Below, one piece after another: positions 48,450 through 58,104 of a stretch of 64,000 nt of DNA (positions are counted from its first letter, which is position 1; each line of letters starts with the position of its first letter). The notes under the pieces were generated by a model. It saw only the letters and a program-made list of their open reading frames with translations, ran no database searches and was not told the origin of the DNA. This stretch comes from an uncultured Pseudomonadales bacterium. GTDB lineage: Bacteria; Patescibacteriota; Microgenomatia; UBA1400; PJMF01. The stretch covers positions 186-64,185 of the forward strand of contig CAYWDM010000003.1 in assembly GCA_964457085.1 (NCBI GenBank). The letters are read 5' to 3'. The position numbers and the translations under genes were made by a program.

Positions 48450-50483
48450 TTATTTTTGCTCTGGAGTAGAACTCGAAATTGGTCTGCCATAACTCTGACC
48501 TCCAGTTGCAGGAGTTGTGGGAGTTGCGGGACCATTGTTTAGACCAGCAGCTGGTCGAGTTGCAGTTGGCTGTACTGGTTGTGCTGGTTGCATTGGTGTC
48601 GGATTTGCAATCAATGACTGACCAGACTTTGCCTGCAGGGCAGATAGAATCCGTGGTACCCCAAGCACTGCTGCCACAGCAATGATAATAATCCCAAGGA
48701 TTAATGGCACAGCTGCGAATGGTGAACTGGCTTTTTTGGCTGGAGCGGGGGTAGCCTCAGTTTTGTCAGGGAAATCATTAACCAATTTCTTCACAGTGGT
48801 TGGCTTAGCACTTGGTTTGGCACTAACTTTAGGTGAAGGTGACACGTTTAACACCACATTTGCTTTTGGTGTTGGTGAAACGGTACTGGTCACCACTATG
48901 GTTGGACTGACTTTTGCAATTGGCTTAACTGTTGGTCTGCGAGTTGGTCTGACTGTGTCCCCATTATCGTCAACATAGCCACCAGTACCAGTGTCATCAG
49001 TACTAGATGTAGGTGGTTGGCAACGAGTATTGGCTGGGTTTGTCAGCAGACGACATTGATCGTTGTAACAGCGGAGATTGGCTGGGCAGTCGCTATTGGT
49101 GCTACAACTCTTATTACAGTCAACTACAACACCTGGCTTCACTATGGTTCTGCAAGAGACATCCTCAAGACTTTGAGAGTTGCGGCAGCGGTTGTACCAG
49201 CAAGTAAGTCCATTTGAACACTCGCTACTGTCTGCACAATATTTGTTGCAACTGGTTGTGGTGGTAGTGACACTTGAGCAGCTCTGGTCGTCGGTTTTTT
49301 GAGGTGCACGGCAGCGGTTGTACCAACAGGTGAGACCGTCGGAGCATTCGCTGTTGTCACTACAGTATTCATTACAACTGCGTTTAATACCTTTGTCTGG
49401 AGGCAACACACAACTAGTGTTGTCTTGATTGTTGATACGGCGACACTTACTGTTGTAACAATATAAGTTGGTAGCACATTCATCGTTGTTGCTACATGCC
49501 TCATTACATTGTTTGTAGCTAACTCCGCCAACTCCAGAGCATTTAGTTACTTTGTAGGTGGTGATTGCACTGTGTCGATTATCGTAGAACAGTCGCAAAT
49601 AATAAGTAATTTCTGGATCAAAGGTAAATGCACCTTTACTGCTGTTGTACCAGCGGAAATTGGTGCCATCAGTCATGGCGAAGCCATTACTGAGTGGTTT
49701 TGGATTAGTCACATCCTTATTTGCATACTCACTAAAGTCGGCTTTAGTGCTAATGTCTACAGATTTGATGTTGGGATAACGGGTGTTATTCCAGACGATG
49801 TATGTAGATGAACCATTTGAGCTATAGTTCAAACAAGCTTCGTAACTATAGACAAAGAATTCTGCGTTAGTGGGGACAAGAGTGGGTGTTGGAATGATTG
49901 CCACATCAGCAATTTTTACATCCAAATCTGTATGTAAACTAACTGCATCAGTGGATTCTCCCTGAGCACCAACAGTAGTATCTTCTTGAGAAAAGGTGAC
50001 TCTAGTTGAGTCCGATTTTTGTAGTGCTTTGAATGTTGCTGTCGCTAAGACTCCTTGGCCGGTTAAATAGGGTGGGTTGGCATTTGTTGGGACAATTACA
50101 GAGTATGAGGCAATGCCAGCAGCTCCGTTGACAGAGTTAATTAGTTCTTGTGCTTGAGAGGCAAACGCACCCTTTTCAATCTTTATTAACTCTAGATAAC
50201 TTTTGTCATATCGCAAGCCAACGTCCACAGCCTTAACTAAATTGGCATTGGTGTTAATATCAACTTTTACGGTAAAAATTTGTCCTGGGCCAACTGTTGC
50301 GTTTGATGTGGTTAGTCCTAATGTGGTGGCTGGCGCAGCTTTGCTACCCAAATCTTGATTCCCACCAAGTAACGCTATGCCTGCAGCCAATCCAACCATG
50401 ACAATAACCAGCAAAAACCCGACGATTGGCACTAACAGTGGTAGATGGGTGTGGTGAAAGCTGTGTGATTTAAGTTTGGGCAT
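48450..50483 (-). CDS. Surface protein: TM, cohesin domain, 4 Cys-rich repeats, P/T linker, C-terminal TM
   Basis: GQIFTVKVDINT...AVDVGLRYD..YLELIKIEKG...GQGVLATATFKA; paralog of 45391..47499. Confidence 0.78.
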   Translation of the reverse strand: MPKLKSHSFHHTHLPLLVPIVGFLLVIVMVGLAAGIALLGGNQDLGSKAAPATTLGLTTSNATVGPGQIFTVKVDINTNANLVKAVDVGLRYDKSYLELIKIEKGAFASQAQELINSVNGAAGIASYSVIVPTNANPPYLTGQGVLATATFKALQKSDSTRVTFSQEDTTVGAQGESTDAVSLHTDLDVKIADVAIIPTPTLVPTNAEFFVYSYEACLNYSSNGSSTYIVWNNTRYPNIKSVDISTKADFSEYANKDVTNPKPLSNGFAMTDGTNFRWYNSSKGAFTFDPEITYYLRLFYDNRHSAITTYKVTKCSGVGGVSYKQCNEACSNNDECATNLYCYNSKCRRINNQDNTSCVLPPDKGIKRSCNEYCSDNSECSDGLTCWYNRCRAPQKTDDQSCSSVTTTTTSCNKYCADSSECSNGLTCWYNRCRNSQSLEDVSCRTIVKPGVVVDCNKSCSTNSDCPANLRCYNDQCRLLTNPANTRCQPPTSSTDDTGTGGYVDDNGDTVRPTRRPTVKPIAKVSPTIVVTSTVSPTPKANVVLNVSPSPKVSAKPSAKPTTVKKLVNDFPDKTEATPAPAKKASSPFAAVPLILGIIIIAVAAVLGVPRILSALQAKSGQSLIANPTPMQPAQPVQPTATRPAAGLNNGPATPTTPATGGQSYGRPISSSTPEQK

Positions 50484-50491
50484 ATATACTT

Positions 50492-51412
50492 TTATGTTCC
50501 TATAAGTTGAGTGATGATTGCGTAGTCAATTGCATTGATTTTGCCATCATGATTGAGATCCGCTTCTGGCAAAATTGAAACTGGACGTAAATATGCAAAC
50601 ACTAACAAGGCGACATCTTGGCTGTCGACAGCACCATCGTGATTAAGGTCGCCTGTTTTATACCCAATTGGGGTAGTGGGGGTAGGACTGGCAACTCCAG
50701 AGATGGTTGGGGTGACAGTTGGGGCATTGGGACATGCTGTCATATTTGTTGACCATGTGCCGTTTACAGCTGGACAGCAATACAGACGATTGCCGCAAGA
50801 CTCGGCACGACCTACAGCATTACAGGTACTGTCAGTCGAAGTACCGTCAGATTCTGGTGGGTGACAGTTTCGCAATACGCCATCTGTGCCTGGACATTCT
50901 TCTACACAGGGGATTGGTATTGTGGGTGTTGGTGTGCCAGCATTGGGAGTGGGTGTTGGTGTCGAAGTCGGTGCGGGTGTCGGAGTTGGTGTCTTGGTGG
51001 GAGTGGGACTTGCAACATTAGGAGTAGGAGTTGGCGTCTTGGATGGTGCAGGTGTTGGAGTGGCACAAGCAGTCATTGCGGTGGTCCATGCACCACCAGC
51101 GGAGGGACAACAGTAACTCTTGCCACCGCATGGTTCAACTCTTCCTTTAACGTTACAGGTACTATCTGCTGAGCTGCCATCTGGTTCTGGTGGAGTACAG
51201 TTTCGCAAAACATTATCTTTGCCAGGGCATTCTTCTTTACAGCCGCCAGCTGCGAGATTGTTAGTGTTAAATCCAGCTGCATCCCTGCGTGGATCTTGGT
51301 TTTGTTGCACGAGTACGACTGCGGCGGGAATAGCCACAGCCATGAATACTAATCCAAGCACAATACGGAGTTGGCTTGTATTTGGCTGTTGCTTAGGGTG
51401 TTTAGAACTCAT
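50492..51412 (-). CDS. Exported protein with two Cys-rich modules, TP linkers and C-terminal dockerin
   Basis: C.EECPG.D.VLRNC.PPE.DG.S.DSTCN..GR.E.CG...YCCP x2; GDLNHDGAVDSQD...ADLNHDGKINAIDY. Confidence 0.8.
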   Translation of the reverse strand: MSSKHPKQQPNTSQLRIVLGLVFMAVAIPAAVVLVQQNQDPRRDAAGFNTNNLAAGGCKEECPGKDNVLRNCTPPEPDGSSADSTCNVKGRVEPCGGKSYCCPSAGGAWTTAMTACATPTPAPSKTPTPTPNVASPTPTKTPTPTPAPTSTPTPTPNAGTPTPTIPIPCVEECPGTDGVLRNCHPPESDGTSTDSTCNAVGRAESCGNRLYCCPAVNGTWSTNMTACPNAPTVTPTISGVASPTPTTPIGYKTGDLNHDGAVDSQDVALLVFAYLRPVSILPEADLNHDGKINAIDYAIITQLIGT

Positions 51413-51542
51413 AAAACAAGCGAAAATATTCGCTAATTCATTGAATCATTATCGGCGGTGTTTATCAACTAACAAGAATGTCGTCCTGATGATTCAGTAT
51501 CAAATAATTGGGTCACTTACGTAGTGGACAATTGATAGTCAA

Positions 51543-53618
51543 TTAGGTTCCAATCAAATCAAGCAGTTTCGCGTAGTCGATCGCGTTGATTCGATTATCG
51601 GAGTTAAGATCGGCTTTTGGTTTGGCAGATGCTGCCTGGCCATATACTGTGATCATCATTTGTACATCTTGTTGGTTAACTATATTGTCTTGATTCAAGT
51701 CACCCAATTTATTAGTGGTTACAGTTGGCACAGTAGTATTGGTTGGCAATGGGGCGGTAGTACTGGTGATGATGGGAGTAACGCTTGGTGTAATGGCTGG
51801 ATTTCTTGTTGGAGTTGGTGAAGGTATTCTGGTTGGTGTTGGGGTAACAATACGAGTTGGGGTTGGTGTGGCTGCAGGGACAGTTGGCGTTGGTGTTCTG
51901 GTTGGCGTAGGGGTGCGTGTGGCTGTCGGTGTGGGAGTGGCTGTTGCCTGTGGTGTGATGGCAGTGCAGTTTGGCCCAACGGTGTTTGAACCATCATTGC
52001 AGTCTGGAATTGCATGTGCTGCACAGGAAGCTGGACAGCCTGTTGCTGGTTTGGTGTTGTCAGTACCCCAGAAACAGTAGCTGTCGTTGTCGCGGTCACT
52101 ACAGGTGATCGCAGCCTTGCTGGCTGGTGGAATAATGTTTTTGCTATAGAGAACTGCTGGGTCACTGGCAGCGACATAAATACCCGCCATGGTTTCTATA
52201 CCTGGGTCACTGGTGATGGTTTTGGCCACAATTTGGTTGTATGCAGTGAGTACATTAGATGTGGCTCCTGGAATAGTGCCTTGCATCACATAGCGGAAAT
52301 AGCCGCCCTCACCGAAAGTGGTGTTCCAGCTGTTTTTTATGATCCAATATTCAAGTCCAGTTGCATTGTCTTTGCCCCAGCCAACAATAGAGATTACATG
52401 CAAACCCTGGTATGGAGCAGTGACTGTTTTGGCGTAAATACCGCTTTGGTAATAATACAAATCTTCAAAGACAGCAATACTTGCTGTGACTGGGCCATGT
52501 TCAATGATTGCACGCTTAATATTTTGGGCAGTGGCATACGTGTCTAAAATATAGTTTGTTTGATCTTTCCAGACGACTGCAACCGCTTCTTTATCTGATT
52601 TATAGAGTGAATCAGCGGTCGACTGTCCACATCTGGGATTTGGACATGCACAGCTGGCAGTTGAGCGATCACATGCCTTGTAGCTGTTGCAGGACTCAGG
52701 GATGATCCCTGAGTTTTTTGCATAGATAAAATAGTCACTCGAAAATCCACCAGTGGCACAAATATTGTTGTAAGCTGTGGCGGTGTTACAAACGATCGCA
52801 TCTTGTTCAGAAAAATCTAAATTGAGTCCAGGTTGGTTAAGGTGGGAGCCGACGTTAGCCTCTAAAGTTGCAGTGCTCCCAAAAACGGTACAAGAACCAC
52901 AATTTGCTTGATCTTTTACAGAGGATACAAAGTTGCCGCCGTGAATTTGTCGCCAGTCATAGTTTGCAGGAAGAGTAACTCCCTGATCAAGCTCCGCACT
53001 AAGGCCATTGCTGCTACCCAAAATACTTGTATTTGCTGAGTAGGTTGTGGTGACATTTGCTGCTGGTTTGCCGGATGACTTCAACTCATTGAGGTTTGCA
53101 ATATTTTGCAGTTGAAATGGCTTGGCGTAGTTTTCCTCTTTGAGACGCTTTGCGGCTACGGGACTATATGAGGAGACCTTCCAGGTTTTTTCAACACTAT
53201 TTTTCCCTGGGGGTGGCACAGCTAGAGCAGCATTCTCAAATTGAGTAATTTTATTGGAGTGAGCAATGATTTGGGTCTGATTTAGGTTAAGACCTGCTTG
53301 ATTAGATTGTTGTTGAATTTGCAGTGTTTTTGCATCAAGACTGTAGTTACCTCCAGAAGCTTGTTGTCGTAAATCTTGGCCAGTTGCGTTCAGTGCAAGT
53401 GCAGTAATGACGCCTACTACTAGTAAGCCTAATAAACCAATCGCTCCAAAAAATTTAAGTTTTTTTTGAGGGTTATGGTGTGGTTGGAATGAGTCTGTGG
53501 CAGGGGGTTGGGTGGTAACAACATGGACATCTGCAGAAACAGGTAAAACTACAGGACTCGGCAAGATATCTGCTAAGTTGTTGTGATTCTGTGGTGATTG
53601 TTGAGAACTGCCAAGCAT
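51543..53618 (-). CDS. C1A (papain-like) cysteine peptidase with TP linker and C-terminal dockerin
   Basis: LPANYDWR, VKDQANCGSC, LHVISIVGWG, YWIIKNSW; GDLNQDNIVNQQD...ADLNSDNRINAIDY. Confidence 0.88.
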   Translation of the reverse strand: MLGSSQQSPQNHNNLADILPSPVVLPVSADVHVVTTQPPATDSFQPHHNPQKKLKFFGAIGLLGLLVVGVITALALNATGQDLRQQASGGNYSLDAKTLQIQQQSNQAGLNLNQTQIIAHSNKITQFENAALAVPPPGKNSVEKTWKVSSYSPVAAKRLKEENYAKPFQLQNIANLNELKSSGKPAANVTTTYSANTSILGSSNGLSAELDQGVTLPANYDWRQIHGGNFVSSVKDQANCGSCTVFGSTATLEANVGSHLNQPGLNLDFSEQDAIVCNTATAYNNICATGGFSSDYFIYAKNSGIIPESCNSYKACDRSTASCACPNPRCGQSTADSLYKSDKEAVAVVWKDQTNYILDTYATAQNIKRAIIEHGPVTASIAVFEDLYYYQSGIYAKTVTAPYQGLHVISIVGWGKDNATGLEYWIIKNSWNTTFGEGGYFRYVMQGTIPGATSNVLTAYNQIVAKTITSDPGIETMAGIYVAASDPAVLYSKNIIPPASKAAITCSDRDNDSYCFWGTDNTKPATGCPASCAAHAIPDCNDGSNTVGPNCTAITPQATATPTPTATRTPTPTRTPTPTVPAATPTPTRIVTPTPTRIPSPTPTRNPAITPSVTPIITSTTAPLPTNTTVPTVTTNKLGDLNQDNIVNQQDVQMMITVYGQAASAKPKADLNSDNRINAIDYAKLLDLIGT

Positions 53619-53684
53619 GCCAAGTTGTTGTGAACAAAACTCATTCTACAGTGTAAGAAACTCGACTCACAATAGGGAACAAGT

Positions 53685-54074
53685 CTATTTGGACACCGGC
53701 TGAATTGGGGCCAGACCGCCAGTACAACGCCAATTAACAGTTGCTTGTTGAGTCACTTCCTGCACTACACACGCAGGATTACAACCAGTCTTTTTCTGGT
53801 CAAGGTCAAACCACCAAGTTTGAGAGTGGGGGTTGTAGAAAGATTCTGTACTTAAATTGCCAAATTTATTACAGTCACTAGCAAGTGCAATTGCACGAGC
53901 TTCATCCTGAGTTAGTTTGCTTGCCGGAGTGGGGATAATGGTTGGTTTGTTCAGATCTTGACTTGGTTGGACGATGTTTTCTGCAGGTGAAGTGTTGGTG
54001 GTGCAACCAGATAATACTGCTCCGGACAATAGCACGGTGATAAGATATGTGAGTTGTCGACTAGATGTAGACAT
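53685..54074 (-). CDS. Putative lipoprotein
   Basis: LSGC lipobox; TWWFDL..KTGCNPACVV..NWRCTG. Confidence 0.7.
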   Translation of the reverse strand: MSTSSRQLTYLITVLLSGAVLSGCTTNTSPAENIVQPSQDLNKPTIIPTPASKLTQDEARAIALASDCNKFGNLSTESFYNPHSQTWWFDLDQKKTGCNPACVVQEVTQQATVNWRCTGGLAPIQPVSK

Positions 54075-54117
54075 AAGCTAGTTATAGTATACTGCGTACA
54101 GCTCGTGGAGAGCAGCA

Positions 54118-55032
54118 ATGAATATGTTACAAAACTCAAAAATGCCTAAAAAAGTTCGTAAAGCAATTGTCACTGATGCCGGTTTTGCAAGTCGTTATTT
54201 GCCAATAACCAAGACCATGCCGAAGGCAATGCTGCCCCTTGGAAACAGACCAATCATGCAGTTTGTGGTCGAGGAGTGTGTGGAGGCCGGAATCGAGGAG
54301 ATCATTATTGTATCCACTCCTGAGGGCAAGCCAATTTATGAGGATTACTTCAATAATAATGTCAACCGTATTCGCAAACAATTAGCTGAACAAGGCAAAG
54401 AAGATCGATATGAGTCGGTTCAAGATGTGCTCAACTTCCCTAAAATTCATGTGATCACACAAGATCCCAGTTTGCCGTATGGCAACGGTTCTCCAGTAGC
54501 GTCAGCTCAAAAATTTGTGGAAGCAGAAGAAGCATTTCTAGTGCTATATAGCGACGATGTTGTGTTTGGGCAGCCTGGTGATGCCAAAACCTTGGTTGAT
54601 GCTTATGAAAATAATCCTGATAGCGAAGCCATTATTATGGCTCAGGAAGTTGATTCTGATGTAGTTGATAAATATGGCATCATTTCATTTAAGAGCGGTA
54701 CTAAAAATGAACTGAGTCATATCGTAGAAAAACCAAAAAAAGGTACTGAGCCATCGCGCCTCGCATCATATGGCCGTTACCTGATGAAGCCATCCATTTT
54801 TCAGTATTTGAGCTCAAATAATACTGGGCTAGACGGTGAGCTATGGACAGTTGATGCTATTACTCAAATTGCACAGACGAATAAAGTTTTAGTATCAACC
54901 ACTAAAGCACAGTGGGTGACAACTGGTGATCCAGAGAACTATTTCAGAGCACATTTACAGTTTGTGATGACCAAAGAAAAGTATGGAGAAAAAGTTCCTA
55001 CTTGGGTGAAAGAAATCGCCAGTGGACACTAA
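54118..55032 (+). CDS. galU: UTP--glucose-1-phosphate uridylyltransferase family
   Basis: KAIV..AGFASRYLPITK.MPK.MLP, VEKP, GRY, GELWTVDAI; start may be 54142. Confidence 0.82.
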   Translation: MNMLQNSKMPKKVRKAIVTDAGFASRYLPITKTMPKAMLPLGNRPIMQFVVEECVEAGIEEIIIVSTPEGKPIYEDYFNNNVNRIRKQLAEQGKEDRYESVQDVLNFPKIHVITQDPSLPYGNGSPVASAQKFVEAEEAFLVLYSDDVVFGQPGDAKTLVDAYENNPDSEAIIMAQEVDSDVVDKYGIISFKSGTKNELSHIVEKPKKGTEPSRLASYGRYLMKPSIFQYLSSNNTGLDGELWTVDAITQIAQTNKVLVSTTKAQWVTTGDPENYFRAHLQFVMTKEKYGEKVPTWVKEIASGH

Positions 55033-55121
55033 TCGAGCATTTGGGTGTCACAAATATCGTGTCAATAGTTGGTTTTAAATTGTAATTAGATACAATACAA
55101 ATAGAGCACATTTACAGATTT

Positions 55122-55270
55122 CCACAGTCAAACGCGAGAGGTGGCAAGTCATTTTCCTCAACAGCTTTTGACAGGGTTCGCTTGTGCGACAGTTCCTTGG
55201 AATTGTAGCCGGCTTACCCACCTGGATTTATTTCCGGGGAAAGAACGTCGCCTCGCGCGCTGGGCTGTGG
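55122..55270 (+). ncRNA. Candidate structured ncRNA (6S-like long irregular hairpin)
   Basis: TACAAT at 55091; stems CCACAGTC/GGCTGTGG, CGCGAG/CTCGCG, TTTTCCTC/GGGGAAAG; GC-rich island in an AT-rich spacer. Confidence 0.5.
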
Positions 55271-55422
55271 CACTTTTGTTTGATTTAGAGATGGGCTTTC
55301 CATTTTCACTTCGTCAGTTAGTCATCATTTTGCACACAGTACTTTCAGAAAAATTCCTGATACAATACCTTTTTGTCTCAACTGGATTTATACTGTCCTG
55401 GTAGAAAATAGATGAGATGGAT

Positions 55423-55495
55423 GCCTTCGTAGCTCAGTCGGTAGAGCGCAGTCTTGGTAAGACTGAGGTCTCGGGTTCGATTCCCGACGAAGGCT
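55423..55495 (+). tRNA. tRNA-Thr(GGT)
   Basis: CAGTC-TTGGTAA-GACTG; GGTTCGATTCC; GCCTTCG/CGAAGGC acceptor. Confidence 0.97.
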
Positions 55496-55537
55496 CAGAA
55501 GTTGGTTCTGCAGCCAAATACTGCAAAAACAGCTTAA

Positions 55538-55619
55538 GCCAAGTTACTCAAGTGGCAACGAGGGCAGTCTGTAAAACTGCTGGCATTAGCCTTCCCAGGT
55601 TCGAATCCTGGACTTGGCA
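55538..55619 (+). tRNA. tRNA-Tyr(GTA)
   Basis: GCAGT-CTGTAAA-ACTGC; long variable arm; GGTTCGAATCC. Confidence 0.96.
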
Positions 55620-55769
55620 CAAACAAACTGTGCAAACCAAATCACCTGTCATGGGTGATTTTTTTGTGAATTTAATTTATTTGTCCAAATTTTCAAAAAT
55701 TGAATCGAGTCGACAAGGGGGTACTGCTCATCTTAAGAATGGCTATTGTCTTATTAACATCCTATAACA

Positions 55770-55958
55770 TTGACAAAAGGGATGCATGGTGCTACCTTTG
55801 ATAGTGGCAATATTTTCTGGTAACAAATGCTGTTTTCCAAGAGATGTTGCAAATAATACTCGCACTTTAAAATCTTTACTTTATTCAGTTGTAAGTAACT
55901 TTCTGTGCATATCGTGCCTGGAGAGTTACTTACAATTCAAAAAAATCATGGAGATAAG
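55770..55958 (+). promoter_or_regulatory. sigma70 promoter plus hairpin-boxA-hairpin leader
   Basis: TTGACA-17-TACCTT; GCACTTTAAAA at 55862-55872; TTGTAAGTAACT...AGTTACTTACAA stem. Confidence 0.55.
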
Positions 55959-56675
55959 ATGAGCCTCAAACGAAAGATATGGACTTTGGTAGCGGTGACC
56001 ATTATTACCGCTGGAATATGCATTACTAATCCGTTTGGAATTAATGAACGGATTACAGATTTGCTTAATGGTAATTATGATGTTGTTGCGGCAACGGCTT
56101 ATGTCGATACCACAACAACTATCACACTACCTGAAAGCGAGTTTAGCATTTCACTCTCATTTGATTTTGGGAGTGAATATCCAGCAGGGAGTAACGACCC
56201 CGAACTGTGGAATGAACTGCAGCGTGAGCTGCAGGAACTGTTCCTAAGCAACGGCGTGTTCAACCAAAAAAAGATTGTCAGCCAAGTGCCGACAATCAAC
56301 TGGTTAAAACAGAATGCTGAAGTTTGGAGTTCTGGAACCAGGGTACACTACGTACTTGATTTACCAGTTGATGGCATCCTGATGGCTGCCAGTACCAAAC
56401 AACAGTACCAATCGGTCACTGCCTATGATGATGCTCCATTTGCTGGTGAAGTGAACGGATACTATTTCACTTACCAAATCAAGGACTATACCAGCCAGCA
56501 CGTTATGGGTTGGTATGCAAATGACAGCGTAACTGCTGATATTCTCCACGAAAAACAACTCCTGTTTATATATCCAGACGGGCATAAGATTATTTTGACT
56601 GTGCCATCTGAGATGTTGAATGAAGGGGTTGCAGAAGGCGACACATTTAGTCTTCGAATGAAGAAAGTAGAGTAG
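55959..56675 (+). CDS. Orphan exported hypothetical protein
   Basis: GGAG SD, N-terminal TM, downstream hairpin. Confidence 0.65.
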   Translation: MSLKRKIWTLVAVTIITAGICITNPFGINERITDLLNGNYDVVAATAYVDTTTTITLPESEFSISLSFDFGSEYPAGSNDPELWNELQRELQELFLSNGVFNQKKIVSQVPTINWLKQNAEVWSSGTRVHYVLDLPVDGILMAASTKQQYQSVTAYDDAPFAGEVNGYYFTYQIKDYTSQHVMGWYANDSVTADILHEKQLLFIYPDGHKIILTVPSEMLNEGVAEGDTFSLRMKKVE

Positions 56676-57148
56676 TGTGAGAAGCACCCAAAGGTGTTTG
56701 TGTGGATTAAAATCCATGCGAATACTGGAGGGTGCTTTTCTATTAATGCAGTTACTTGCTTAAAGTGGATGTGGGAACTGTCAAAAAACCCTCGTTTTTC
56801 GACGAGGGTTTATACATTCAAAAATTTGAAAATTTGTGCTTAGTGAGCAGCGTTATATTCAAGTGAAGAATGATGATTTTGGATTATCTATCGTGAATAT
56901 GACTGCCACTACGAAGTGGTGGCTGAACGCGATGATGGTGCTAAGTTGCCTATGGGATATTAACAAGCTACAAAGATCAGAGCCGCCTCGTAAGGGCGGC
57001 TCTGATCTTTCAGTCCGTAAAACTAGGGGTTAAAAAGTGTATTTTTTTCAGACCAAACATTCAAAAATCATCGGACTTGCAGCTACCTCGTGCATACTTG
57101 CCATGTGTCGGGTAAAATAGCCTACGTCGATAGTGTTGTGATCGATCT

Positions 57149-57220
57149 GCCACCTTAGCTCAGCGGTAGAGCACCTGTTTTGTAAACAGGTGGTCCTGGG
57201 TTCGAGACCCAGAGGTGGCT
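57149..57220 (+). tRNA. tRNA-Thr(TGT)
   Basis: CCTGT-TTTGTAA-ACAGG; GGTTCGAGACC; GCCACCT/AGGTGGC acceptor. Confidence 0.97.
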
Positions 57221-57281
57221 CAGTTTTTTTCAAAATAAATTGTGATCGCTGACGACTGAGTCAGTTCAGGACGCATCTGCT

Positions 57282-58070
57282 ATGACACTATTTCACGCGT
57301 TGGTATTGGGAGTTATTGAGGGCATAACTGAGTTTCTACCAGTTTCTTCAACATTCCATATGATTGTGGCCGCTAAATTTTTGGGCATTCCACAGGACGA
57401 ATTTACTACATTTTTCGAGGTTTTTATTCAAGCTGGAGCTGTATTACCCCTAGTAGTGATGTTTGCCAAAGAGTTGCTTTTAGATCGCAAATTATTGATA
57501 AAAGTTGTTGCTGGGTTCATTCCAGCGGCAGTAATTGGATTGATATTACATAAAATCATTAAATCGGTATTTTTCTCTGCAGACTGGTTGATGGTGGCGA
57601 TGTTTATTGGAGTTGGACTGCTGTTTATCTTGATTGAATGGTTACTCAAGAAACAAAAACTATTGGCTGAGAAATCATTAGCAGAAATCACCACTTTTGA
57701 ATCGATGAAAGTGGGCTTTTTCCAGGCATTGGCGGTGGTTCCAGGTGTTTCGCGCTCAGGTGCGACTATGGCAGGGGGTATGTTGTCTGGTTTGAATCGT
57801 GAATCAGCAGCAAAATTTTCATTTTTATTGGCAATTCCAACTATTTTTGCAGCATCTGCACTCGATTTATTTCAATCAAGAGAGATGCTTGCTGGCATCA
57901 CTTCAGAACAGTGGACCATGATCGCGGTTGGTTTTTTAAGTGCTATGGTTGTTGGCTGGCTCTGTGTCAAATGGTTGCTTGGTTACTTAAAACAACACGG
58001 CTTGGCCTGGTTTGGTTGGTATCGAGTGATCGCTGGCGTGATGCTGCTATCTTGGATGCTTTTAAAATGA
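57282..58070 (+). CDS. uppP: Undecaprenyl-diphosphate phosphatase
   Basis: EGITEFLPVSSTFH, PGVSRSG, FSFLLAIP, FGWYR. Confidence 0.96.
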   Translation: MTLFHALVLGVIEGITEFLPVSSTFHMIVAAKFLGIPQDEFTTFFEVFIQAGAVLPLVVMFAKELLLDRKLLIKVVAGFIPAAVIGLILHKIIKSVFFSADWLMVAMFIGVGLLFILIEWLLKKQKLLAEKSLAEITTFESMKVGFFQALAVVPGVSRSGATMAGGMLSGLNRESAAKFSFLLAIPTIFAASALDLFQSREMLAGITSEQWTMIAVGFLSAMVVGWLCVKWLLGYLKQHGLAWFGWYRVIAGVMLLSWMLLK

Positions 58071-58104
58071 GAACGAGTAAGCACAACAGTGTTTCGTGTT
58101 TAGT

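Noticed and set aside
50861-52547. Antisense GV-rich and Cys/Trp-rich ORFs
   Set aside because: Shadows of Thr-Pro linkers and Cys repeats on the coding strand
55417-55767. 116-aa ORF, and similarly 57048..57233 and 61969..62214
   Set aside because: Overlap tRNA genes; spurious
56836-57033. 65-aa ORF before a strong hairpin (56972-57010)
   Set aside because: No SD, runs through the terminator; at most a decayed gene remnant
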